64,000 bases of DNA, taken from NCBI RefSeq assembly GCF_013167455.1, contig NZ_CP038328.1; one strand, 5' to 3'. This DNA is from Escherichia coli O157:H7. GTDB lineage: Bacteria; Pseudomonadota; Gammaproteobacteria; Enterobacterales; Enterobacteriaceae. Below are positions 53,387 through 61,772 of this stretch, piece after piece (within the stretch, counting starts at the first letter, position 1; each line of letters opens with the position of its first letter). The notes beneath the pieces are model-generated. The model ran no database searches. It was given only the letters and a program-made list of their open reading frames with translations, and had not been told where the DNA came from. The translations under genes were made by a program, and so were the position numbers.

Positions 53387-53587
53387 ATGAATACAATCAA
53401 GTTTTCTTGCCCAGAATGTGGTGGCGAAGTCTTTGACACATCCTTTAAGCCGCAGGGCTCTGACAGTTTCGCGGGAGCCATCTGCAAAAATTGTGGTCAC
53501 CTTGTAACTGAAGATGAGTCCTCGCAGTTCGATGACGAAATCGTTGACAATATCTTCGGTGCACTCACCAGAGACTTTCTGAAGTAA
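53387..53587 (+). CDS. Small zinc-ribbon protein with acidic C-terminus, antisense to the leftward early operon
   Basis: ATG with GAGAGG SD; CPECGG-x21-CKNCGH motif; a competing 118-aa minus-strand ORF (53366..53722) has no features. Confidence 0.45.
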   Translation: MNTIKFSCPECGGEVFDTSFKPQGSDSFAGAICKNCGHLVTEDESSQFDDEIVDNIFGALTRDFLK

Positions 53588-53894
53588 AGGCGCATACCGC
53601 TTAGTTACCGCTCTGATAACTCTTACCTGTCCTGCAATGGCGCTGATGTCAATATAAAGCGCCATTGCTGCTTCTTTGCCGATCCCGGGATGCCTTCCAT
53701 TCTGATGTTTGACTTCGCCCACTGAGAAACCCTCTGTTTCCCCTTAACGCCGGGGTAGCGGAACAAAAAACTGCTGCATAGTTATTAAAGTTGAACCCTG
53801 CCGTCATGTTCATACGCCTCGGGCTGGCTACTTAACCCCTGACCACTGCCGGGTAACTCGAAGTATTTCCCTGCGTTCTGTGGGGCGGGGTGGG

Positions 53895-53950
53895 TTGGTA
53901 TTTTTAGTTTAATAAACATTAAACTTAAGTCAAGTAAAAACTAAACCGCG
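53895..53950 (-). promoter_or_regulatory. Leftward early promoter/operator (PL-like) downstream of the toxin-antitoxin cassette
   Basis: Minus strand TTGACTTAAGTTTAATGTTTATTAAACTAAA is a near-duplicate of the PR region at 54921-54950, including the ACTAAAC motif. Confidence 0.5.
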
Positions 53951-54017
53951 GGACATAACAAACACAACGCTTTTGATAAAGTCGTTGCGGTTGTTATGTT
54001 TCTATTGGTAGTGAAAG

Positions 54018-54296
54018 TTAGGGAAACTGGCGTCTTGCGTGGATCACGTTTACTACTTCAACGCTTGATGTTGTTACGCGGTATAGAATTATATAGTTAG
54101 GGTGGGCTACAATCTCACGCAAGCCAGGTACTCTGTCGCTTGGTGGGTATAAATACGGATGTTCGGATAACGGCAGCACACAACCCCTTAATCGCTGCCA
54201 TAAGCGTTCAGCCGCATCTATGTCGAAACGAGCAATATAACTAGTTATATCATCTAGGTCGGTATCTGCGCTTTCAAGCCATAACACGGGTAACAT
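54018..54296 (-). CDS. parE2: ParE-family toxin
   Basis: Start at ATG 54296 (MLPVLWLESADTDLDDIT...), 92 aa, RelE/ParE fold motifs; follows the antitoxin stop by 1 nt. Confidence 0.75.
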   Translation of the reverse strand: MLPVLWLESADTDLDDITSYIARFDIDAAERLWQRLRGCVLPLSEHPYLYPPSDRVPGLREIVAHPNYIILYRVTTSSVEVVNVIHARRQFP

Positions 54297-54297
54297 T

Positions 54298-54489
54298 TTA
54301 CTGCTTGCTCCGTTCCTTGCGCATCTTAGCAAAGCGTTCTGCCATTCTGCGCTCAACTTCGTCATGGGGAATTGCTGGGCGCGGATCTGCAAGGCTCGTT
54401 GCTACTTTCGCACGCAGCCATTCGTTGTAACTGTTTTCTTGTTCAATGGTTTCAAATTCAGAAACCATTGGTGAAAGGGCTCTATTCAT
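54298..54489 (-). CDS. paaA2: Antitoxin PaaA2
   Basis: 63 aa MNRALSPMVSEFETIEQENSYNEWLRAKVATSLADPRPAIPHDEVERRMAERFAKMRKERSKQ; matches recalled PaaA2 length and sequence. Confidence 0.75.
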   Translation of the reverse strand: MNRALSPMVSEFETIEQENSYNEWLRAKVATSLADPRPAIPHDEVERRMAERFAKMRKERSKQ

Positions 54490-54509
54490 GTTTCCTCCGG
54501 TTTTATAAC

Positions 54510-54881
54510 TCAGGCGCGGCGGCATTTTTGCGCCGCAATCCATCTCGCTATGAGATCTTCCATTGATTCTTTTTTCTGCTTTAACTCGCTGATTATCTGG
54601 CGTTGCTCATCCTCAGGGAAGGCTGAAAAAATCTGCAATAATTCCAGTTGATTAGACGTTAACCCTGCATGTGGTGGAGAACCCCCCGGTTGTTCTGCGT
54701 ATTCCGCATCCAGATACCCTTCCGGCATCCCGTATGTTTGCTCTATTCTTCTGGCAGCCTTTTCTCCAAACGAGGCTCTCCCACTCATTAGTTGAGATAG
54801 GTAGCTCTTCTCTTTGGGTGGCAGAGTTTTATCTTTAAACCACTCCTTGAGACGTAAACGGCGAATTTCTTTTTTTTGCAT
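54510..54881 (-). CDS. paaR2: CI/DicA-like HTH repressor PaaR2
   Basis: Start at ATG 54881 (MQKKEIRRL...), 123 aa; first gene of the three-gene cassette, divergent from the cro-like gene. Confidence 0.7.
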   Translation of the reverse strand: MQKKEIRRLRLKEWFKDKTLPPKEKSYLSQLMSGRASFGEKAARRIEQTYGMPEGYLDAEYAEQPGGSPPHAGLTSNQLELLQIFSAFPEDEQRQIISELKQKKESMEDLIARWIAAQKCRRA

Positions 54882-54899
54882 GTGGTAATTATCTTTAGT

Positions 54900-54970
54900 A
54901 ATCACTAAACAAGCAAATACTTGACTTAATGGTTTATTAAACACTAAACTCGCAAAAAAACACTAAACCG
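54900..54970. promoter_or_regulatory. Immunity-region operator/promoter with three ACTAAAC operator-like repeats
   Basis: tcACTAAACaagc (54902), acACTAAACtcgc (54940), acACTAAACcgag (54960); -35 TTGACT at 54921-54926. Confidence 0.55.
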
Positions 54971-54978
54971 AGGAAGGT

Positions 54979-55281
54979 ATGACATTAAAAGAGTTTATTA
55001 AATCATTAAGGGTTGGTGATGCTAAGAAATTCGCGGCCAGACTTGGTGTATCGCCATCTTACTTATCGCAAATGGCGTCTGGACGAACAGCTATATCTCC
55101 AACCCGCGCCCTTATGATCGAATCTGCGACGGAAGGCCAAGTAAGTAGGGCGGAGCTACGACCCCATGATTGGGAGCTTATTTGGCCTGAGTATGCGAGC
55201 GGCATTCGTTTGGGGCAAACACATGTAGTTCATGCTGAAGGTGATTGTAGTGCATGCTTATCTGATGGAGTTGATTCATGA
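54979..55281 (+). CDS. Cro/YdaS-like HTH regulator
   Basis: 100-aa ORF, GAGGAAGG SD, XRE-type HTH (ARLGVSPSYLSQMASG). Confidence 0.7.
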   Translation: MTLKEFIKSLRVGDAKKFAARLGVSPSYLSQMASGRTAISPTRALMIESATEGQVSRAELRPHDWELIWPEYASGIRLGQTHVVHAEGDCSACLSDGVDS

Positions 55282-55703
55282 AAATCAAGCATGAACACAT
55301 CCGCATGGCGATGAATGTCTGGGCGCATCCGGACGGCGAAAAAGTACCGGCTGCGAAAATTACCAAAGCGTATTTCGAGCTGGGAATGACGTTCCCGGAA
55401 CTGTATGACGACAGCCATCCGGAAGCCCTGGCCCGTAATACCCAGAAAATTTTCCGTTGGCTGGATAAAGACACCCCTGATGCTGTTGAAAAAATGCAGG
55501 CTCTGTTACCGGCGATCGAAAAGGCGATGCCGCCTTTGCTGGTGGCCCGTATGCGCAGCCACAGTTCTGAATATTACCGTGAGATCGTCGAACGGAGGGA
55601 TCGGCTGGTGAAGGATGTCGATGATTTTGTTGCGTCAGCGGTTGTTTTGTATGACCAGATGAATCGCGGCGGCCCGGCAGGGAATGCTGTGGTGATGCAC
55701 TAA
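55278..55703 (+). CDS. YdaT-like protein (CII-analogue family)
   Basis: 141-aa ORF starting MKIKHEHI, overlapping the cro-like stop (ATGA). Confidence 0.6.
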   Translation: MKIKHEHIRMAMNVWAHPDGEKVPAAKITKAYFELGMTFPELYDDSHPEALARNTQKIFRWLDKDTPDAVEKMQALLPAIEKAMPPLLVARMRSHSSEYYREIVERRDRLVKDVDDFVASAVVLYDQMNRGGPAGNAVVMH

Positions 55704-55725
55704 AAGCACGGTGTTCGGGGGTTTT

Positions 55726-56688
55726 ATGAGCAGCAAGCTTCATGGTCTTGTCTGGGAAGGGTGCGCCTTCACCGGCATGATCTTATCCAGGGTGGCGGTT
55801 ATGGCCCGTCTTGCAGACTACAGCAATGACGAGGGCGTGTCATGGCCTGCCATTGAAACTATCCGGCGTCAGATCGGTGCAAGAAGTGAATCCACAGTGA
55901 AATCGGCTATTGCAGAACTGGCGAAAGAGGGCTGGCTGACGAAGGAAGAGCGTAAGGTCGGTGGGCGTAATGTAAGCAATATCTATCGGCTTAATGTGGA
56001 AAAACTCGAAGCAGCTGCTGCGGCGGCGCGTGAGTCATATAAACCGAAAAGAAAAATTAGCCCGGCAAAAAATGACCCGTTAACAGTTGCCCCGTCAAAT
56101 ATTGCCCCCTCAACGGTTGACCCGTCAAATTTTGATGGATCAACTGTTGATAACAAACTGCCGATTAGGGGGGCGATGATTGACCCCGATCCGTCAGTAT
56201 TAAAACCTGATCCGTCAGATAAAAGATCTTCTTGTCCGGACGCTTCGCAACCGGACCCGCAGACGGCTGAACAGAATTTTTTAACCCGACACCCTGACGC
56301 GGTTGTGTTCAGTGCGAAAAAACGCCAGTGGGGAAGTCAGGAAGATTTGGTGTGCGCACAGTGGATCTGGGGACGAATCGTGAGTCTTTACGAGCAGGCG
56401 GCCAGCGATGATGGCGAGATCACGAGACCGAAAGAACCCAACTGGACTGCATGGGCCAATGACGTGCGGACAATGCGGATGCTGGATGGCAGAACTCACA
56501 GACAAATTTGTGAAATGTTTGGGCGTCTCCAGCGGGATTCGTTCTGGGTAAAAAACATCATGAGTCCGGCAAAACTCCGGGAAAAATGGGATGAACTGGT
56601 TATCCGCCTGGGGCGTTCGCCCGCGCAGCGTTGCGTGAATCACATTTCTGAACCGGACACTGAAATACCGCCGGGATTCAGGGGGTGA
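55726..56688 (+). CDS. Replication initiator (lambda O / YdaU-like) with internal origin iterons
   Basis: N-terminal winged-helix domain; Pro/Ser/Thr-rich linker encoded by tandem DNA repeats; ATG 55726 preferred over GTG 55711. Confidence 0.7.
   Translation: MSSKLHGLVWEGCAFTGMILSRVAVMARLADYSNDEGVSWPAIETIRRQIGARSESTVKSAIAELAKEGWLTKEERKVGGRNVSNIYRLNVEKLEAAAAAARESYKPKRKISPAKNDPLTVAPSNIAPSTVDPSNFDGSTVDNKLPIRGAMIDPDPSVLKPDPSDKRSSCPDASQPDPQTAEQNFLTRHPDAVVFSAKKRQWGSQEDLVCAQWIWGRIVSLYEQAASDDGEITRPKEPNWTAWANDVRTMRMLDGRTHRQICEMFGRLQRDSFWVKNIMSPAKLREKWDELVIRLGRSPAQRCVNHISEPDTEIPPGFRG
56075..56149. repeat. Five tandem 15-bp iteron-like repeats inside the O-like gene (candidate prophage origin)
   Basis: acccgttaacagttg / ccccgtcaaatattg / ccccctcaacggttg / acccgtcaaattttg / atggatcaactgttg, followed by two gatccgtcag repeats. 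Confidence 0.6.
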
Positions 56689-56694
56689 CGTGTC

Positions 56695-57435
56695 ATGAAA
56701 AACATTGCGGCAGTTGGGGTTCTTGAACGTATTCGCAGACTTGCACCACAGGGGGCGGTTCCACCGTACCGGACGGTGGAGGAGTGGCGGGAATGGCAAC
56801 TTGCTGAAGGACGAAAACGCAGCGAGGAGATTAACCGCCTGAATCATCAGGTGCGGGTTGAAAAAATCCTGAACCGTGCGGGCATCCAGCCGCTTCACAG
56901 GAAGTGCTCATTCGGGAACTACCGGGTGCAGAACGACGGTCAGCGCCATGCTCTGAGCCAGGCGAAATCCATTGCCGATGAATTGATGACCGGATGTACA
57001 AACTTCGTGTTCAGCGGTAAACCTGGTACCGGTAAAAATCACCTGGCAGCAGCGATTGGCAATCGGCTGATGGCGAAGGGGAGAAGCGTGATTATCGTCA
57101 CCGTGTCCGATGTCATGAGCGTGTTGCATGACGGCTACGACAACGGCCAGTCCGGGGAAAAATTTTTACAGGAGCTTTGTGGAGTTGACCTTCTGGTCCT
57201 TGATGAAATTGGCATGCAGCGGGATACGCGCAACGAGCAGGTCACGCTGAACCAGATAGTCGACCGCAGAACGGCTTCGATGCGTAGTGTCGGAATGCTG
57301 ACGAACCTGAATCACGCAGCGATGAGCACACTCCTCGGAGATCGGGTGATGGACCGTATGACCATGAATGGTGGTCGTTGGGTGAATTTTAACTGGGAGA
57401 GCTGGCGGTCAAACGTTGGACGTCAGGGTATGTGA
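56695..57435 (+). CDS. DnaC/IstB-like AAA+ helicase loader
   Basis: 246-aa ORF; Walker A GKPGTGKNH, Walker B LLVLDEIG. Confidence 0.8.
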   Translation: MKNIAAVGVLERIRRLAPQGAVPPYRTVEEWREWQLAEGRKRSEEINRLNHQVRVEKILNRAGIQPLHRKCSFGNYRVQNDGQRHALSQAKSIADELMTGCTNFVFSGKPGTGKNHLAAAIGNRLMAKGRSVIIVTVSDVMSVLHDGYDNGQSGEKFLQELCGVDLLVLDEIGMQRDTRNEQVTLNQIVDRRTASMRSVGMLTNLNHAAMSTLLGDRVMDRMTMNGGRWVNFNWESWRSNVGRQGM

Positions 57436-57460
57436 GAATTTTTGACGAGGTAAATTTTCG

Positions 57461-58230
57461 ATGGAAACTGTATTGCATGCACTGAAAGCGATGGGAAAAG
57501 CCAATTCTGTTGAACTGGCGGCGCGGCTTGATATCAGCCGTGAAGAAGTTCTTAACGAACTGTGGGAACTCAAAAAAATGGCGTTGTTGATAAAACGGGT
57601 CACACCTGGTTTCTGGCTGTCGAAGGTGAAGCCGGGGTAACCGAAGGGCAGGCACTACAACCTGAAGCGCCGGATGTGGTAACCGAAGAGGTCGCTCCAA
57701 AAGTTACCGCAGACATGATGGTTGAGTTTATCGGTCAGGATGGTGCTAAAACGTGTGAGGAACTGGCGGGTAAGTTCGGCGTCAGTACTCGCAAGGTTGC
57801 TTCCACGCTGGCGGTGGTAACCGCAACGGGGCGGCTGGCACGCGTTAATCAGAACGGTAAATTTCGTTACTGCATGTCGGGGGGTAATTTACCAGCAGAT
57901 CCGAAAGCCGCGCCGGTAACGAAAAATGATGGTAAGGCCTTTCCTCAGCCAGCAGGTGCTGCGTTACCAGTCCGGGAAGCCGCAACACAGGAAGAAATTA
58001 AAACAGAAACTGTGGCGGACATTGTGCAGCCGTTGCCATCGTTTACCGAAACGCAAGCAGATGAGCTGATTTTTCCGTCCCTGCGCAGGGCAAACCTGGC
58101 GCTGCGCAGGGCGAAAAGTGATGTTCAGAAGTGGGAGCGAGTCTGCGCCGCGCTGCGGGAGCTGAACAAGCACCGGGATATTGTTCGACAGATTACTGAT
58201 TCTTCCCGCCGTGTTGTATCGGAAAAGTGA
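57461..58230 (+). pseudogene. Winged-helix prophage gene interrupted by a -1 frameshift at an A7 tract
   Basis: ATG 57461 (GAGGTAAA SD) reads 59 codons to a stop at 57640; the 222-aa ORF 57562..58230 continues in the -1 frame; frames meet at AAAAAAA 57572-57578. Confidence 0.6.
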
Positions 58231-58245
58231 TAGCCGGAGGCGCTT

Positions 58246-58641
58246 ATGGCGAAACCTTTTACACACGAACAGCGTGAAGAACTGAAGGCCCGAATTATCG
58301 GGCTGGTACGCAAAAATGAACGCATGACGATATCACAACTGGAGAGAGCGACGGGAGCAGGCTGGCATTCAGTCAGACGTTGCCTTGTGGATGTACTGGC
58401 TTGTGGCGATTTATACATGCCCGGTAAATACGGTGTTTTTACATCAGAACAGGTGTATCGCGTATGGCGTAAGGCAGCGGAGAAAGCAACCGACCAGACA
58501 TTGATTCGAAAGTTACCAGACGGAGAAATACGCCGCTACGACAGACAACAGAACATAATCTGTGGCGAGTGCCGGAAGAGTGAAGTTATGCTGCGTGTAC
58601 TGGCGTTCTATCAGGGCAATTTTCAGGAGGCGGTACTGTGA
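58246..58641 (+). CDS. Hypothetical prophage protein
   Basis: 131-aa ORF; no recognised motif. Confidence 0.5.
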   Translation: MAKPFTHEQREELKARIIGLVRKNERMTISQLERATGAGWHSVRRCLVDVLACGDLYMPGKYGVFTSEQVYRVWRKAAEKATDQTLIRKLPDGEIRRYDRQQNIICGECRKSEVMLRVLAFYQGNFQEAVL

Positions 58642-59282
58642 GTGAATTAGCTATCAGGCTTCAATTGTCGCTGGCATTCGCATCAAAGGAGAATGAGATG
58701 ACCACTTTTACAAAAGAGCAGTTAATCAGTCATGTTAGTGAAAATGTAAAGGCGATGAAATTTGCAGTAAAACAGACAGCATTCAAAAATTCTCTCGAGG
58801 CAATTGAGTTGGATTTAGCACTGGCCCTTGTTGCTCAGGCTTCGCTGGAAGCAGAGCCCGTGCTTTATATGAATCGATTTACCGGAAAGACATTCTCACT
58901 GGAAGAGCAACCCGGTGCTGATAAGGAACCGGAAATATACGTGCCGCTATATGCTGCCCCGCCAGACAGCGCCGCCATGCTTCAGGCTGGAAACTTTCGG
59001 GAAAAAAAGGGTTCGTCAACCAATAATTTTCGGGAAATCTCGGAAACGTCAACCAACTATCCGGTAACTCTGGATGATTGGATAAGCTGTAGTGAGCGAA
59101 TGCCGGATGATGGTCAGCACGTAATTATTTTATGTGATGGCGCATTCGTTCTTTATGCGCAATATCGAGACGGTGAGTTTTTTGATGTAGTCCGTAATGG
59201 TGATGAATTTTTCGAAACACAGAGCCGCAATGTAACCGACTGGATGCCGCTACCAGAACCGCCGCAGGAGGTGCGCCAATGA
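58638..59282 (+). CDS. DUF551-domain prophage protein
   Basis: 214-aa ORF; C-terminal region resembles DUF551 by recall; alternative start at ATG ~58698 after AAGGAG. Confidence 0.55.
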   Translation: MSELAIRLQLSLAFASKENEMTTFTKEQLISHVSENVKAMKFAVKQTAFKNSLEAIELDLALALVAQASLEAEPVLYMNRFTGKTFSLEEQPGADKEPEIYVPLYAAPPDSAAMLQAGNFREKKGSSTNNFREISETSTNYPVTLDDWISCSERMPDDGQHVIILCDGAFVLYAQYRDGEFFDVVRNGDEFFETQSRNVTDWMPLPEPPQEVRQ

Positions 59283-59362
59283 TCTGGCCTGAAGCCTTTG
59301 CAATTACAGGCGTTGCTATAGCTATTGATTTTTTAGTATATGTTATTTGTCGGTGGGGGTAA
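59279..59362 (+). CDS. 27-aa hydrophobic peptide, translationally coupled to the DUF551 gene
   Basis: ATGA overlap with upstream stop, AGGAGG SD; MIWPEAFAITGVAIAIDFLVYVICRWG. Confidence 0.4.
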   Translation: MIWPEAFAITGVAIAIDFLVYVICRWG

Positions 59363-59397
59363 AAACGTTCGCCGGGATTCACACCAAAGGAGGGAAT

Positions 59398-59502
59398 ATG
59401 TCGGATGATATTTCACTGGCAATGGAAGGTGCGCTGGCTGTTATTGCTGTTGTGGGCGTTTACTGCCTGGTTGTGTTTTTGATGGATCGACTAGGGAACT
59501 GA
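59398..59502 (+). CDS. 34-aa hydrophobic peptide
   Basis: ATG after AAAGGAGGG SD; MSDDISLAMEGALAVIAVVGVYCLVVFLMDRLGN. Confidence 0.45.
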   Translation: MSDDISLAMEGALAVIAVVGVYCLVVFLMDRLGN

Positions 59503-59747
59503 ATTCATTACGATATGGGAATTCCCATATCGGGTAAAAACGGTTTGCGGTAAAGCGAGAGTTAAGTAGAATTGCTGCGGGTGCTTGAGGCTGTCTGCCT
59601 CGGGCATGCCACCGTAAGGCAGACAGAGAAAAGCCCCAGTTAACATTACGCGTCCTGCAAGACGCCTAACATTAATCTGAGGCCAATTTCATGCTAGACA
59701 CATGTAGGTTAGCCTCTTACGCGCCGAAAGGCAAGGAGAAGCAGGCT

Positions 59748-59903
59748 ATGAAGCAGCAAAAGGCGATGTTAATCGCCCTGATCGTCATCTGTATTACCGT
59801 CATAGTGACGGCACTGGTAACGAGGAAAGACCTCTGCGAGGTACGAATCCGAACCGGCCAGACGGAGGTCGCTGTCTTCACAGCTTACGAACCTGAGGAG
59901 TAA
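59748..59903 (+). CDS. hokD: Hok/Gef-family type I membrane toxin
   Basis: 51 aa MKQQKAMLIALIVICITVIVTALVTRKDLCEVRIRTGQTEVAVFTAYEPEE; in-frame upstream extension from ATG 59691. Confidence 0.8.
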   Translation: MKQQKAMLIALIVICITVIVTALVTRKDLCEVRIRTGQTEVAVFTAYEPEE

Positions 59904-59973
59904 GAGACCCGGCGAGGGAGAAATCCCTCGCCACCTCTGATGAATCAGGCATCCTCAACGCACCCGCACTTAA

Positions 59974-59998
59974 CCCGCTTCGGCGGGTTTTGTTTTTT
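59974..59998 (+). terminator. Rho-independent terminator of the hok transcript
   Basis: acccgcttcggcgggt hairpin followed by TTTGTTTTTT. Confidence 0.75.
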
Positions 59999-60070
59999 CC
60001 TGGCATTCTGGTTTACAATTCGCACGCCAGCCTGAACAACTGGCACCTGCTGCGCCAGCAGAGACAACCG

Positions 60071-60349
60071 ATGGCGCACGATACCAAATTATACAATTCT
60101 GATGATTCTGCCGTCTTTGCCAGCAGGCGCGGACGGTGTTTTTACGCATTCAAATCTGACTGGTACCAGCATCCCCCATGCACTGAAGAACAGGCCGAAT
60201 GGCTCATTCAGTGTTACCGCAGGCGCGGATGCGAGGTTAAAAAAGCCCTTAGCCTCGACTACCGTCACTGGATAATCTCCGTCAGGCTCCCTTACTCCGA
60301 ACGGCCACCGCGTCCGTCCCGCACATTCCAGCAACGGATCTGGAGGTAA
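60071..60349 (+). CDS. Hypothetical small basic protein (Rem-like position)
   Basis: 92-aa ORF from ATG 60071; the ORF-track start 59990 lies inside the hok terminator. Confidence 0.45.
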   Translation: MAHDTKLYNSDDSAVFASRRGRCFYAFKSDWYQHPPCTEEQAEWLIQCYRRRGCEVKKALSLDYRHWIISVRLPYSERPPRPSRTFQQRIWR

Positions 60350-60350
60350 T

Positions 60351-61400
60351 GTGCGGGTATTACTTCGACCTGTTCTGGTACCGGAACTCGGTCTGGTTAT
60401 CGTTAAGCCAGGCCGTGAATCAATGTCAGCATTCCATAACGGCAGAATACTGGTGGAGCCGGAACCAAAAAGCATGCGAGCTCTGCCGTCCGGGGTTGTA
60501 CCTGCCGTTCACCAGCCGCTGGCGGAAGATAAATCACTACTGCCATTTTTCAGCGATGAGCGGGTGATCCGTGCTGCGGGTGGCGCTGGTGCACTGTCTG
60601 ACTGGTTATTACGTCACGTGAAATCCTGCCAGTGGCTACACGGTGATTATCATCACAGCGAAACCGTCATTCACCGTTACGGTACCGGCGCGATGGTGTT
60701 GTGCTGGCACTGCGACAACCAGCTGCGGGAGCAGACATCTGATTCACTGGATCAACTTGCTCAACAGAATCTGGCCGCCTGGATGATTGACATCATCCGT
60801 CACGCAATGAATGGCGCACAGGAGCGTGAATTATCTCTGGCTGAATTATCCTGGTGGGCGGTCCGCAATCAGGTGGCGGACGCGCTACCGGAAGCGGTAT
60901 TACGTCGTTCGCTGGGGTTGCGTGCGGAAAAAATCCGCTCCGTATACCGTGAAAGCGACATCATACCGGGAGAACAGACCGCCACCAGCATACTGAAGCA
61001 GCGCACAAAAAATATTGCGCTACCGCCTCACACCCACCAGCAACAGAACCCACCACAGGAAAAGACGGTGGTCAGCATTGCCGTTGATCTGGAGTCTCCG
61101 GAATCCTTCATGAAACGACCTAAACGTCGCCGCTGGGTAAATGAGAAATACACACGCTGGGTAAAGACACAGCCGTGTGCGTGTTGTGGTAAGCCAGCGG
61201 ACGATCCTCATCATCTGATTGGTCATGGTCAGGGCGGAATGGGAACAAAATCCCACGATATTTTCACGCTACCGCTGTGTCGGGAGCATCACAACGAGCT
61301 TCATGCGGATCCGCTGGCGTTCGAAGAAAAGCATGGTTCCCAGGTTGATTTAATTTTTCGTTTTCTTGATCACGCCTTTGCAACCGGCGTGCTCGGGTAA
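60351..61400 (+). CDS. DUF968-family prophage protein (YdfU-like)
   Basis: 349-aa ORF, GTG start after GGAGG; C-terminal Cys/His cluster CACCGKP...HHLIGHGQ...CREHHNELH. Confidence 0.7.
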   Translation: MRVLLRPVLVPELGLVIVKPGRESMSAFHNGRILVEPEPKSMRALPSGVVPAVHQPLAEDKSLLPFFSDERVIRAAGGAGALSDWLLRHVKSCQWLHGDYHHSETVIHRYGTGAMVLCWHCDNQLREQTSDSLDQLAQQNLAAWMIDIIRHAMNGAQERELSLAELSWWAVRNQVADALPEAVLRRSLGLRAEKIRSVYRESDIIPGEQTATSILKQRTKNIALPPHTHQQQNPPQEKTVVSIAVDLESPESFMKRPKRRRWVNEKYTRWVKTQPCACCGKPADDPHHLIGHGQGGMGTKSHDIFTLPLCREHHNELHADPLAFEEKHGSQVDLIFRFLDHAFATGVLG

Positions 61401-61412
61401 AAGAGGTTACTG

Positions 61413-61772
61413 ATGCGTATAGAGTTTGTTTTGCCTTACCCGCCGACGGTGAACACCTACTGGCGACGTCGTGGCAGCACATATTTTGTATCAAAAGCCG
61501 GTGAGCGTTATCGCCGGGATGTGGCACTTATTGTTCGCCAGCAGCGGCTGAAATTAAACCTGTCCGGAAGGCTGGTGATAAAGATTATTGCAGAGCCACC
61601 GGATAAGCGCCGTCGTGACCTGGACAATATCCTGAAAGCACCACTGGATGTGCTGACGCATGCCGGACTTCTCATAGACGACGAGCAGTTTGATGAAATC
61701 AATATTGTGCGCGGTCAGCTCGTTCCTGGTGAGCGGCTGGGGATAAAAATCACAGAACTGGAGTGCGCATGA
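61413..61772 (+). CDS. rusA: RusA-family Holliday junction resolvase
   Basis: 119-aa ORF; RRRDLDN catalytic motif. Confidence 0.85.
   Translation: MRIEFVLPYPPTVNTYWRRRGSTYFVSKAGERYRRDVALIVRQQRLKLNLSGRLVIKIIAEPPDKRRRDLDNILKAPLDVLTHAGLLIDDEQFDEINIVRGQLVPGERLGIKITELECA

Noticed and set aside
54882..54944. Upstream ATG start for paaR2 (144-aa version)
   Set aside because: The extension would run into the operator repeats and the divergent promoter; the internal ATG at 54881 gives the 123-aa length I recall for PaaR2.
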